This document shows positions 1 through 10,742 of a stretch of 64,000 nt of DNA, in pieces. Numbering within the stretch: position 1 is the first letter of the stretch; every line of letters begins with the position of its first letter. Position numbers and translations under genes: made by a program. The notes under the pieces were generated by a model that was given only the letters and a program-made list of their open reading frames with translations, did not search any database and had not been told where the DNA came from. The stretch comes from Candidatus Eiseniibacteriota bacterium. Its GTDB lineage: Bacteria > Eisenbacteria > RBG-16-71-46. The stretch lies in contig OY970342.1 of assembly GCA_963717505.1 (NCBI GenBank), positions 1,344,001 through 1,408,000 of the forward strand, written 5' to 3'.

Positions 1-1544
1 TAACTGTCGGTGAAGGGAGTCCACGAGTCGCCGTCGAGGAGATTGACGCCGAGGAAGATCCTGCCATCCCCGCGGCCCGCGGGGTAGCCGAGCTTCTTGA
101 GGTCGATCGACAGCTCGGCGGTGTACCCGACGTCCGCGGACTGGCCCAGGGTGTCGAGGGTCGTCCCCGGCTTGAGCTGCAGCGCGACCTGGGCGCCGGC
201 CAGCGTGTCCTTGAGGAACGGTAGGTAGTCCTGCGCCAGCGCCTGCCCGGTGGGTCCGACCTGGAAGCTGAGTCGCCGGGTCAGCAGCTGCTGGTCCGTC
301 CCCTTCGCCGAGTACTCGGTCAGGGTCACGATGAAGCCGTCCCAGCGGTCGAAGTTCGACACGTACTGAACCACCTGGTCGCGAACGTCGAAGCCGAGAT
401 AGAGGAAGTCGCCTTTGAACATGGTGCGCACCGTGGCGTCGCCCGGATCGAGCGTGAACGCCAGACCGCCGTTGACCTCGGGCTGGTACTGGCCGCTGCG
501 GTAGGGGCCGACCGCGGCATAGTTCGCACGCAGGGCGTCGTCGCCGTAACGGATGTCGAAAGACGGGGTGGCGGCCCACACCGGATCGCTGAGCAGTCCG
601 TCGATGGTCGGCGCCGCGAGGCCGCCGGCGGAACGAATTCGGATCTCCGGCCCGACCACCGGCACCGGTCCCGAGGCGATCGTGACGTTGGGCCGCGAGT
701 GGATGCGCACGTTGTGGAACCAGGCGGCGTTGCCCCACGGGTTCTGCCACCAGACCCGGTTCGCGCTGAACGTCGCCTGGAACGGCCACAGCCAGTCGCA
801 GTCGTAGATCGAAATGTTCCACTCGACGATGTCGCCGGCGGGCTCCGTCACGTCGTAGCCCATCACGCCCAGATCGAAGCGCATCTCGACGACGTAGCCC
901 CAGTCGTTGTCGTCGGCCGGATTGCCGTCGACGTTGTTGTCGTCGTTGGAAATGCCGTGGACCACGGTGCGCGCGTCCCAGGCGGCGATCTGTTGGGGCG
1001 TGCGCGGCACGGTGCAGTCGCTGATCGGCGCGTTGCAGTTGGTCCAGCGTCCGCGGAAATCGGGAAGCAGGCCGGGCGCGGTGTCGGCGGGCGGCGTGCG
1101 TTCTGCGTACCACCAGGAGTAGAGATACTCCGAGGGCGGCGAAGGCCGATAGGTGTCGGCGTGGTCCTTGAGGGCCATCAGGAATCCGTCGAATCGATTG
1201 AAATCCCTGGAGCCGCCCACCGACTTGTCGCGCACATAGGCGCCGAGATAGAGCTGATTGCCGACCACCAGGAAGCGCAGCGTCGCCTTGGTCGAGTCGC
1301 TGGGAAGAATGCCGGCTTCGGGTTTCCATCCGCTGCCCGGAAGTCCGGCCGAGATGCCGTAGCGAATCGTGATCGAATCGGCCACGGCCCAAGCAGGTTC
1401 GTTGAGCACACCATCCAGCGTGATGGGTGCACCCGCGGTCGAGCGGGCCCAGATGACATCCTGTCTCGGCGCCTGCGCATGTGCGATGGTGACGCTGGCC
1501 GCCAGGGCCAGCAGGGCGAGAGTCGGGGCGATCGTGGTCTTCAT
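1..1544 (-). CDS. Secreted carbohydrate-binding protein with tandem CBM9/DOMON-like domains (runs off the left edge)
   Basis: Not in the ORF track because it has no stop in the window. Manual translation from ATG 1544 after a GGAGG RBS gives MKTTIAPTLALLALAASVTIAHAQ (signal peptide), then APITLDGVLNEPAW and a second APTIDGLLSDPVW, the CBM9_1-type starts. Confidence 0.7.
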   Translation of the reverse strand, partial: MKTTIAPTLALLALAASVTIAHAQAPRQDVIWARSTAGAPITLDGVLNEPAWAVADSITIRYGISAGLPGSGWKPEAGILPSDSTKATLRFLVVGNQLYLGAYVRDKSVGGSRDFNRFDGFLMALKDHADTYRPSPPSEYLYSWWYAERTPPADTAPGLLPDFRGRWTNCNAPISDCTVPRTPQQIAAWDARTVVHGISNDDNNVDGNPADDNDWGYVVEMRFDLGVMGYDVTEPAGDIVEWNISIYDCDWLWPFQATFSANRVWWQNPWGNAAWFHNVRIHSRPNVTIASGPVPVVGPEIRIRSAGGLAAPTIDGLLSDPVWAATPSFDIRYGDDALRANYAAVGPYRSGQYQPEVNGGLAFTLDPGDATVRTMFKGDFLYLGFDVRDQVVQYVSNFDRWDGFIVTLTEYSAKGTDQQLLTRRLSFQVGPTGQALAQDYLPFLKDTLAGAQVALQLKPGTTLDTLGQSADVGYTAELSIDLKKLGYPAGRGDGRIFLGVNLLDGDSWTPFTDS

Positions 1545-1599
1545 GGACTGCCTCCAGAAGATGAGCAAACAGACGTTGCCGTCAGGAGGGGTTCGCGCC

Positions 1600-1633
1600 T
1601 GAAAACGATTACAAAAGCGTTGAAGACTGTCAA
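1600..1633 (-). promoter_or_regulatory. Promoter -35 (TTGACA) plus LacI-family operator TGTAATCGTTTTCA
   Basis: Imperfect palindrome with central CG at 1600-1613, 14 nt from TTGACA. A near-identical unit lies upstream of lacI at 11824-11857. Confidence 0.75.
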
Positions 1634-1720
1634 GATCTTGCATACGAAATCGGCCTCGGGGCTCCGAACGCGGCACCTGGCGACCCAGGCCGCCACCCGC
1701 AGGGCGCGCGAGCCCCGCCG

Positions 1721-3070
1721 ATGACTCGATTTCCTGCGGAGTTCCTGTGGGGGGCGGCGACCTCGGCCTATCAGATCGAAGGCTCCCCGCTCGCCGACGG
1801 CGCCGGCCCCAGCAACTGGCATCGCTTCAGCCATACGCCCGGACGCGTCCTGAACGGCGACACTGGCGACGTCGCCTGCGACCATTACCGGCGTTGGGCC
1901 GACGACGTGGATCTGATGAGCCGCCTGGGCCTCAATTCCTATCGGTTCAGCCTCGCCTGGTCGAGGATTCTTCCCGACGGGCGCGGCCGCGTGAACCGCC
2001 AGGGCATCGATTTCTACTCGCGGCTGGTCGACCGATTGCTCGAGCGCGGCATTCAGCCTGCGGTCACGATCCACCACTGGGACCTTCCCACGGCGCTCGA
2101 AGACCGAGGCGCATGGCTCGACCCCGACATCGTGCCCTGCTTCGGCGACTACGCCCAGGTCGCGTTTGAAGCCCTGGCCGACCGTGTGTCGATGTGGATG
2201 ACCATCAACGAGCCCTGGGTGATCATGGACGCGGGGTACCTGTACGGCGTGCATCCGCCCGGACTCCGCGGCCGACGCGAAGCCGCGATCGCGAGTCATC
2301 ACCTGTTGCTCGCACACGCCGAGGCCGTGCGCCGCTATCGCAGCCGATGGCAGGGACGCATCGGCCTGGTCGTGAACCTCGAGCCCAAGGATCCGGCCAG
2401 CGATCGTCCCGAAGACCTCGAGGCCGCACGGCGCGCGCACGCGTACAACAATCTCTACCACCTGGATGCGGCGTTGCTCGGCCGCTACCCGGACGAGTTG
2501 CCCGCGTTGTTCGGCGACGACTGGCCGGACTTCGACCCCGACGATGTTCGGCGCATGCGCGAGCCGATCGACTTCGTCGGCGTGAATTACTACACGCGCC
2601 GGGTCGTGCGCCACGACCCCGAGGCGGTGCTTGGCTACAGCCCGGTGCCTGTTCCCGGAGCGCAGTTGATGGCGACCGGCTGGGAAGTGCATCCGCCGAG
2701 CCTGCGGCGCACGTTGCTCGAGATCCGCGAGCGCTACGGCGCGATCCCGATCTACGTCACCGAGAATGGCTCCGCGTTCCCGGACCCCGAGAAGGCAGCC
2801 CGCGAGCCACTCGAGGACCCGTTGCGGGTGGCCTGCCTGCGCGACCACCTGATCGAGGTCGAGGCGGCGATGAAGCTCGGCGTCGACGTGCGCGGGTACT
2901 TCGCCTGGTCCCTGCTCGACAACTTCGAGTGGAGCATGGGCTACTCGCTGCGGTTCGGGCTGGTGCACGTCGACTACGCAACCCAGCGACGGACCATGAA
3001 GTCGAGCGGCGTCTACTACGCCGACGTCATTCGCTCGAGTGGCGCGTGTTTGGCCGAGGCGGGATCCTGA
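1721..3070 (+). CDS. GH1 beta-glucosidase
   Basis: FLWGAATSAYQIEG, TINEP acid/base, VTENG nucleophile and WSLLDNFEW motifs. Confidence 0.95.
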   Translation: MTRFPAEFLWGAATSAYQIEGSPLADGAGPSNWHRFSHTPGRVLNGDTGDVACDHYRRWADDVDLMSRLGLNSYRFSLAWSRILPDGRGRVNRQGIDFYSRLVDRLLERGIQPAVTIHHWDLPTALEDRGAWLDPDIVPCFGDYAQVAFEALADRVSMWMTINEPWVIMDAGYLYGVHPPGLRGRREAAIASHHLLLAHAEAVRRYRSRWQGRIGLVVNLEPKDPASDRPEDLEAARRAHAYNNLYHLDAALLGRYPDELPALFGDDWPDFDPDDVRRMREPIDFVGVNYYTRRVVRHDPEAVLGYSPVPVPGAQLMATGWEVHPPSLRRTLLEIRERYGAIPIYVTENGSAFPDPEKAAREPLEDPLRVACLRDHLIEVEAAMKLGVDVRGYFAWSLLDNFEWSMGYSLRFGLVHVDYATQRRTMKSSGVYYADVIRSSGACLAEAGS

Positions 3071-3074
3071 CGGA

Positions 3075-6000
3075 TCAGGGCCGGAACACGATGCGCGAAG
3101 ATGGCTCCCGAACCACGAACGGCCGCCTCGTGGAGAACGGTGCCAAGACCCCGTTCTTCGTGACGGATCGGAACCGTTCGGCTCCCGGCGGCGCGATCAC
3201 GAAGCCCCCCGGCGGCACGCGACCGGTACTCTCGAGGGTGACGACCAGCGAGTCGCCATTCGTCGCCATCGAGTAGCTGATCGTGCCGAAGGGCGTGCGC
3301 AGGTCGCGCACGCGGACACCTGGCGATTCGGACACCCACGACCACGGCACGCCCGCACCCAGGACCAGTGCCTGGTCGCGCGGGCGCTCGTAGCACAGCA
3401 TGTCGAGCACCGAGCGCACGAAATCGGAGCCGACCCACGTGTGCGGCAGATCGCCGAAGAACTTAGGTGATCGTGGCTCGCGATACACGACCTCGGCCCA
3501 TTGCCGCCAGCCGGCCGGCCTGCGGTACATCAGGAAGTAGTCGAGTGCTTCGTTCGCGCGCTCGCGCGAGCCCAGGCGCACGAACGATCCGATGACTCGG
3601 GTCTCGTAGGGAGTGTACGCGTCCCACTCGGCCTCGCCGTCGCGGCGATCGCGGAAGAATCGCCAGTAGCGCTCGAACGTGCTGTCGATCGCGGCGGCGG
3701 ACAACAGGTCGGCGGCGCCGGTGGGCGCCAGCGCCACGGTCGTCGACGTGGCGTCGAAGTCGCCCAGCTCGGCGCAGCCGGGAACGTAGGCGATGCGGTG
3801 GTGCTCCATGGTCGCGCGCACCGAGGCGGCGAGGTCGCGCGCGAACGTGTCGCGGGCGGCGGTGAAGCGGCGCGCCTCCGGTTCGTGGCCCAGCGCGCGC
3901 GCCAGATCGACCGCATCGACGTAGCCACGGTAGGCGAAGAAGTCGTCCCAGTAGGAGTGCATCGGGTTGGGATAGCCCTCGTGGCTGATCGACGGCAGCA
4001 CCAGCCCAAAGAAGCGCCGCTGCTCGGCGGTCCGCCATTCGCTCGTCCGGCGCTCGCCGCGCATGAAATCCAGGTAGTCGATCGCGCGCACCACCCGTGG
4101 CCACATGCGCTCGGCCAGGGCGCGATCGCCGGTGTGGCGGAAGTACTCGGCGATCAGCGACACGAATTGCCCGTGGCTGTCGTTCTCGGGAACCGGATCG
4201 GGGCCGCGCGCGTCCGCGCAGCAAGGAACCCGGCCGCTCTCCTGCTGGAACGGAGCGAACCACTCGATGAAGTCACGCACGACGTCCGCATGGCCGAGGC
4301 GAAGCAGCGCCGAGGAGGTGAGCGAGCCGTCGCGAATCCACGACCGGTCGTAGGAGCGCGAGCCGGGCTGGATCGAGCCGCCGTCGCGGTTGACCAAAAT
4401 CCATCCGATTTGGGCTTCGAGCGTCTGCTGGACCTCGCGGGCCGCCGGCGGCAGCTCGATCCTCACGCGACCCGCCTTCTGTGCGCCAGGCGCTCGCGAC
4501 CACTCGTTCCAGTGAATCGAGGCTTCCCGTGGAAGCGTAGCGGTATTCCCCGCCCGCGCTCGGGCGTAGCGGTACCGTCAACGCAACTTCGCGCGAGCGG
4601 TCACCCTCGGCGCCGAATTCCAGCCGATAGGCCCACGCGGCCGACGCGAACCCGAGCGAGTCTACGGCGCGCTCGGCGCTCGGCAGGCGACCCTCGCGCA
4701 GATGCTCGACGATGTCGCCGCGATCGAACGGCGTGGCGCCGAATCCAGAGGGCGGGGTGAGCGAGCCGACCGACCGGTCGTCGTTGACGCGCACGGCGGC
4801 GCCGTCGCGGACCACGGACCTCACGCGGCGCCGTGCCCCCGGACATGCCCACCGACTGCCACGGGGGATTGACCTGGAACGGTCGGATCGCGAGGTACAA
4901 AGTGGCGCGCGCCGGCCTCGTGGTCGGCGTTACCCGGTAACGGACGTAGACGCGCGAGTCTGCGGTGTCGCCTGCGGCGAACGCCGACACCTCGAGCGTG
5001 ACGTCGGGGTGGACCCAGCGCGTCGTCGGCATCGGCAGACGGCCGTCCCGCAATTCGGCCTCGGTGTGGACGTCTGCCCACGTGATCAGCCGGCCGCCGA
5101 TCTCTAGGAATGGCTCGATTGTGAATTGTCTCTTGCCGACCTCGAGCGCGCCGTCCTCGCCGAGCAACGCCTCCTCCCGCCCGCCGTCGACCCCGACCAC
5201 CGCCCACGACAGGCCCTCGCCGACGTAGGCCCTGGGGAAGCTTCCGCGCGCGGCGTCGGCCGCGAGCGATGCAAAGAACGCTTCGGGCGTGGCAGACCAC
5301 TCGACCGGATGAACTTCGACTTCGGCGATCGCCAGCGGTCCCTTGGTCGTCGCACGCACGCGCACGTGCCGCGCCTCGGACTCGGGCAAGTAAACGGGAT
5401 CGCGGCCGCCGTTGCTGCCACGCACCACGTGCGCGGTGCTCCAGGCGCGGCCGTCCGCGGACAGCTCGACTGCGTAGTCGGGCGGAACGAATCCGCGTTG
5501 CCATTCGACGACCATGCCACCCATCTCGCGCGGTCCGCCCAGATCGAGCGCCAGCCACGGCTCGCGACCGCGACCCGCCACCCAGGCGGTGGACGAGTTG
5601 CCGTCGATCGCGTGGGCCGGCAGGCTGGAGCGTGCCGATGACGAGCTACTGGCGATCGGCTTCGGCCACGCCGAATCGGCGGGCAGCGCTTCGAACGTCA
5701 GGTCGTCGAGCCAGACCGAGCCCGATCCGCCTTCGGCGGCGGTCACCGCCAGCTCGATGAATCCCAGCCTCCGCAATTCCCCGCCCCCGGCCGGACCCCA
5801 GGCGAAGCGCACCTGCCGGCGACGGACGGAGAGCGCGCGCCACTCGCGCGGGTACGCGAAGTCGCGGCGCACGTTCCACCACACGTTCTGCCCGGTCGAG
5901 TCGACCAGTTTGAACTCGAGGTGGTTGACCGGGATCTCGCCGCGCAGCCGAAACCGAAACGCGTAGTTCTCCGGCAGGTCGAGCGCCACCGGCCGGCGGA

Positions 6001-6244
6001 TCACGGCGTAGCCGGTGCCGTGCGTGAACTGAACGTCGAGCCGCAACGCACCCGAATCGGCGTGCAGGCTGCCGCGCACGCCTTCGGCCGGGTGCAGCGA
6101 CCAGGCCGTGATGTCCGCGAAGTCATCGAGCACGACGCTCGACGGCGTCGGCTTCGGGGTCGCTGCCTCGACTCCCGCCGCCAGGAACAGCGCCGCGACT
6201 ACCGTCCACATCGCCCGGCGACGGTTCGGTCTGAAGGCCTTCAT
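3075..6244 (-). CDS. Secreted discoidin (F5/8 type C) domain glycoside hydrolase with C-terminal (alpha/alpha)6 barrel; two apparent +1 frameshifts near 4820 and 4467
   Basis: Three consecutive frames (4601-6439, 4273-4824, 3075-4466) join into a signal peptide, a CBM-like domain, F5/8 (HAIDGNSSTAW, WLALDLG, SADGRAW) and a YDRSWIRDG six-hairpin glycosidase motif. Confidence 0.75.
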
Positions 6245-7062
6245 CCCTTCACGCCGCCCAGCGTCAGCCCACGCACGTAGTGACGCTGGAGCACGACGAA
6301 CACCGCGAGCACCGGGAGCACGGTGAGCACTGCCCCGGCCATCATCAGCTCGGTGTCCTGCACGTGCTCGCCTGAGAGGTTGGCGAGTGCGACCGGCAAC
6401 GTGTAGTTCGCCTCGTCGTTCAGGATGACCAGCGGCCACATGAAGTCGTTCCAGGCGCTCATGAACGTGAAGATCGCGAGCGTGACCAGGATTGGGCGCA
6501 GCAGCGGGAGCACGACCGTCCAGAAGATCCGGCCTTCGCTGGCGCCGTCGATGCGCGCGGCATCGAGCAGCTCGTCGGGGATCGACCGCGCGTACTGGCG
6601 CACCAGGAAGATCCCGAAGATGGTAGCGGTCAGCGGCACGATCGCTCCCGCCAGGCTGTTGACCAACCCGAGCTTTTGGAACAGCAGGAAGAGCGGCAGC
6701 ATCGCCACCTGCGATGGAATCACCAGCCCGAGCAAGAGCGCTTGAAACAGCGAGTCCCGGCCGCGAAAACGCAGCTTGGCGAACGCGTACCCCGCCATGC
6801 CGTTGAGCAGCACCGAGAGCACGGTGGCCGAGACCGCGACCAGCGCGCTGTTGATCGCGTAGCGCCCGAGCCGCAGGCGCGAGAACAGGGCTTCGTAGTG
6901 GGCCGCGGTTGGCGGATCGGGGAGCAGCGGCGGCGGCACCTGGTTCGCCTGCCCCGCGGGCATGAACGAGGCCGACACCATCCAGAGCAGCGGGCCCAGG
7001 GCGACCACCGCGCCGGCGAGCAACATCGCGTTGACCAGCAGCGAAGTCAGTCCGCGCCTCAT
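6241..7062 (-). CDS. Carbohydrate ABC transporter permease (MalG-like)
   Basis: EAA loop ELLDAARIDGA, WNDFMWP and six TM segments; ATGA overlaps at both ends. Confidence 0.92.
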   Translation of the reverse strand: MRRGLTSLLVNAMLLAGAVVALGPLLWMVSASFMPAGQANQVPPPLLPDPPTAAHYEALFSRLRLGRYAINSALVAVSATVLSVLLNGMAGYAFAKLRFRGRDSLFQALLLGLVIPSQVAMLPLFLLFQKLGLVNSLAGAIVPLTATIFGIFLVRQYARSIPDELLDAARIDGASEGRIFWTVVLPLLRPILVTLAIFTFMSAWNDFMWPLVILNDEANYTLPVALANLSGEHVQDTELMMAGAVLTVLPVLAVFVVLQRHYVRGLTLGGVKG

Positions 7063-7951
7063 GTCCGCGCCCCGCGCTGGAGCCTGAGCTGGAGCAGCGT
7101 GCCGAGCAGCATCACCAGGAACAACAGGAACGCGATCGCGGCCGCATGTCCCATGCGCCACCAGCGGAAGCCCTCTTCGTACATGAGCAGGACCAGGCTG
7201 GTGGTGCTGTCGAGCGGGCCGCCACCCGGCGTCATCACGTAGGGCTCGGCGAACAGCTGGAACTGACCGAGCATGGTGATGATTCCGACGAACAAGAGGA
7301 TCGGCGCCAGGGTCGGCAGCGTCACGTGGCGGAATCGCGCCCAGGCACCCGCGCCGTCGAGCTGGGCCGCCTCGTAGAGTTCCTCGGGGATGTTCTGCAG
7401 GCCTGCGATGAAGATCAGCATGTTGTAGCCGAAGTTCTTCCACACCGACATCAGGATGATCGCCGGCATCGCCCAGTTCGGGTCGCCGAGCCAATCTATC
7501 GATGGAATTCCAATACGCGATAAGGCAAAGTCGATGAGGCCGTAGCGCGGGTGATAGAGATAACGCCAGACCACGGCCATCGCCGCGAGTGTGGTGACCA
7601 CCGGCGCGAAGTAGATGGAGCGATAGAGCCCGGGCAGGCGCGCCAGCTCGCGAGCTGACCAGCATCGCGGCGGCCAGCGAGACCGCCACCGACAGCGGAC
7701 CGCCGACCAGGACGAAGTAGAAGGTGTTGGCGAACGCTTTCCAGAACAGAGGGTCGGACAGCAGGTGCCCGAAATTGCCGAGCCCGATCCAGCGCACGGT
7801 GTCGGGCGAGGCGATCGCGTAGATGTCGAAGTCGGTGAGCGCCAAGACCAGGCCCGGCGAGCACCGGCAGGAAGAAGCAGGTCCCGATCAGCAGCAGCGC
7901 GGGCGCCAGGAACATCCACGCGGCGCCGGTCTCACGTCCGCTGCGCTTCAC
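7059..7951 (-). CDS. Carbohydrate ABC transporter permease (MalF-like); two apparent +1 frameshifts near 7850 and 7650
   Basis: GTG start 7951. FLAPALLL, then WIGLGNF and FANTFYF, then ELYEAAQLDGA lie in three successive frames. Confidence 0.85.
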
Positions 7952-9289
7952 GGCGCAACCCTCGCTGTCCGCACGAGCAGCCACCGACGCTTTTCGAGCA
8001 GTCGGTCCACTTCGCGATCGAGTGCCGCCATCGCGGAGTCCGGCGTCGCGCCGCCGCGCACCACACGCTCGGCCGACTCCTGGAGACGGTTCGCGATCAG
8101 CTCCCATTCCGGAATCCGCGGCGTCGAGACCACGCGCTCGAGCTGTTGCTCGAACGCCCGAATGCGCGGATCGCTCGCGAGCGAGGAATCGCGTCCAGGA
8201 CTCGCGCCGTGCCGGCAGATCGCCGGTGAGCTGGAAGAAACGAACCTGCTGCTCGGGGCGCGACAGGAACTCGACCAGCCGCCACGCCGCGGCGGCGTGT
8301 TGGGTGCGGCGGAACACCACCAGACTCGAACCGCCGGCCAGCGAGACGCCGGACGCCGCTCCCGTGGGACCGGGCAACGGCGCCGTCGCCCACGCGTCCT
8401 GCATTTCGGGCGGCATTCGGTTGCGAAATTCGCCGAGATTCCAGGGTCCGGTGATCAGCATCGTGATGTAGCCGCGCGCGAACTCCTGGTACATGTTCGC
8501 GATCTCGTTGTTGCTCACCGGCGGCGCCAGCCGGTCGCGATAGAGACTCAGATAGAAGTCGAACGCCCGGCGGAACTCGGGCTCCGAGAAGGCGCCGCGC
8601 GTGCCGTGGTCGCCGACCAGGGGAGAGCCGGCCTGAAGACCCAGCGCCACCAGCGGTGCGAATTCGTTCGAGGGCAGGAACACCGGATAGGCGTCGTCGC
8701 CCACCACGCGTTTGATCGCCTCGAGCGCCGATCGCCATTCGCTCCAGGTTTCCGGCATGGCCGAATAGCCGGCGCGCTCGAGCAGATCGCGGCGGTAGAA
8801 CAACAAGCGGGTGTCGACGTACCACGGGATTCCGTACGGGACGCCGTCGATGACGTTGGTCTCCCAGATCCCGGGGAAGAACGACGTCGAGTCGATTCCC
8901 GGCGCCCGCCGTGCGTCGAACGGCTCGAGTGCCTCCAGCGCCGCGAACTCCGCGATCCAGGTGTTGCCCAGCTGGGCGACGTCCGGGGTCGAATGGCCGA
9001 CGAAGGCGGTGAGCAGTTTTTCGTGCGCCGCCGTCCATGGGATTTGCTGCACCACGACGCGCACGCCGGGATTCTCGCGTTCGAAATCCGGCAGCAGCTC
9101 CTGGACCACCTCACCCTCGCGCCCCATGGCCCAGAAGCGCAGCGTGACGCCCGAGTCGGACGGGCGGCCGCAGCCGGCGGCGGCTCCGAGCACGGTCCCG
9201 CCGGCGACCACCAGGGCCGCGGCCCGCGCCGCGAATGCGCCGCCTACTACACGGGCTCGCGGAGGCGCGGCCCGGCGCTCGGGATTCAT
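7948..9289 (-). CDS. Sugar ABC transporter substrate-binding lipoprotein; apparent +1 frameshift near 8195
   Basis: Lipobox AAAGC, LRFWAMGREGE, PDVAQLGNTW and PWYVDTRLLFYRRD. The C-terminus STPRIPEWE lies in the 7948-8133 frame. Confidence 0.88.
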
Positions 9290-10686
9290 CGCGTTCCCAT
9301 CGAGTCGAGCCAGCCGCCGGTGAAACCGGCACGCTGTAGCCCGCGCACCAAGTGGGGATTGCGGCGCATGGTCCGCCACACAAGACCGCTCCGGTGGTTC
9401 TCGATCATGGCCAGGATCGGACCCTGGTCGATGCCGAGGTAGTCGGTGTCGAACCAACCCAGCGCCGGATCCACGGCGCCGTGCCGAAGTGGTACCGGCT
9501 CGCGCAGCGTCGGATTCAGCGCGTCGACGAAGCCGTACTGTCCGAACAGGCGGTCGCCGAAGTCCTCGCGCATCGCGACCAGCGTCGGGATCACGACCTC
9601 GGGCGCGAACGCGATCGAGCCGGCGGCGGCGGTCGGCGCCACCGTGCCGTCATCGGTCACTTCGGTGAACGACGCGCCGCGCGCGGCATACGTGCGAAAC
9701 GTGCGCGCTCGACCGTCGATCGTCACCGAATCGTCGAGCGGCCCGTCGCAGGCGGAGAGCCCCCACAGCCGCTCGCCGTAGCCGCGGAATCCCGAAGGGT
9801 TGGCGATCGCATAAGCTCGCTGCGCCAAAGCCGCGCGCCGCGAGTTCTCGAAATAGTCGATGCCCTTCGCGCGCATGTAGTCGTCCCGGATTCCGCGAAA
9901 GTCCACCCAGACGTGCGAGTACTGGTGACCGAACAGCGGGGCGAATCCCAGGTGCTCCCGGCCGTGGAAGCTGCCCCAACGATACCCGCCGGTCCACGCG
10001 GTCCACGCCTCCGGCGCCACCGGATGGGTCGGCGATCCGAGTGCCAGGAGGGGCAGGATCATGGCCTCGTTGTAGCCGCGCCAGTCGTAGGGCAGGTGCC
10101 CGCCGCCCGGCTTCCATCCGAGCGCGATGGTCGGCGGGCGGATCTGCGCCCAGCGCCAGTCGACACGAAAGTAGAGCGAATCGGCGAGTGCCCGAACGCT
10201 GTCCTCGACCGCGTTCTTCTGATCGAAGTAGGACTGACAGAACAACACGCCCGCGAGCAGCAAGGCCGTGTCGATGGTCGACAGCTCGACGTCCTCGAAG
10301 CGCCGACCGGTGGCCGGATCGAGGAAGTGATAGTAGAAGCCGCGGTAGCCGATGGCACCCACGACCGACGAATCCTGCCGCGCGTGCCACAGGAAGGACA
10401 GCGTGTTGAGCGTGCGGCGTGCCGCCGCTGCGCGCGCGACCCAGCCGCGTTCGGCGCCGATCGGATATGCGGTGAGGCCGAACCCGGTGGCGCCGATGCT
10501 CGCGAACGAACGCGTCGGCCAACGATCGGGCGTCAGCCCGGTGACCGGATGTCCGAGGTCCCAGAACCAAAGAAAGGTGCGCTCGGCGAGCGTATCGAGG
10601 AACGCGGCGGACTCGGTAGTCGCCGGTGGCGGAGATGGCGCGGGGGTGGCACTGCACGCGACCGCCAACAGTCCGGCCAGCACCAC
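9286..10686 (-). CDS. GH144-like (glucoamylase-family) endo-beta-1,2-glucanase lipoprotein
   Basis: GLTPDR, ASIGATGFGL, GFYYHF, ELSTIDTALL, WRGYNEAM, PLFGHQYSH, DYFENSR and YLGIDQGP match the GH144 motif set; lipobox LAVAC. Confidence 0.85.
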   Translation of the reverse strand: MVLAGLLAVACSATPAPSPPPATTESAAFLDTLAERTFLWFWDLGHPVTGLTPDRWPTRSFASIGATGFGLTAYPIGAERGWVARAAAARRTLNTLSFLWHARQDSSVVGAIGYRGFYYHFLDPATGRRFEDVELSTIDTALLLAGVLFCQSYFDQKNAVEDSVRALADSLYFRVDWRWAQIRPPTIALGWKPGGGHLPYDWRGYNEAMILPLLALGSPTHPVAPEAWTAWTGGYRWGSFHGREHLGFAPLFGHQYSHVWVDFRGIRDDYMRAKGIDYFENSRRAALAQRAYAIANPSGFRGYGERLWGLSACDGPLDDSVTIDGRARTFRTYAARGASFTEVTDDGTVAPTAAAGSIAFAPEVVIPTLVAMREDFGDRLFGQYGFVDALNPTLREPVPLRHGAVDPALGWFDTDYLGIDQGPILAMIENHRSGLVWRTMRRNPHLVRGLQRAGFTGGWLDSMGTR

Positions 10687-10742
10687 CGAACGCGCTCCAC
10701 GAACTCGATGCGAGCGCCAGCCGATCGAGAGTCGGGAGTGAA

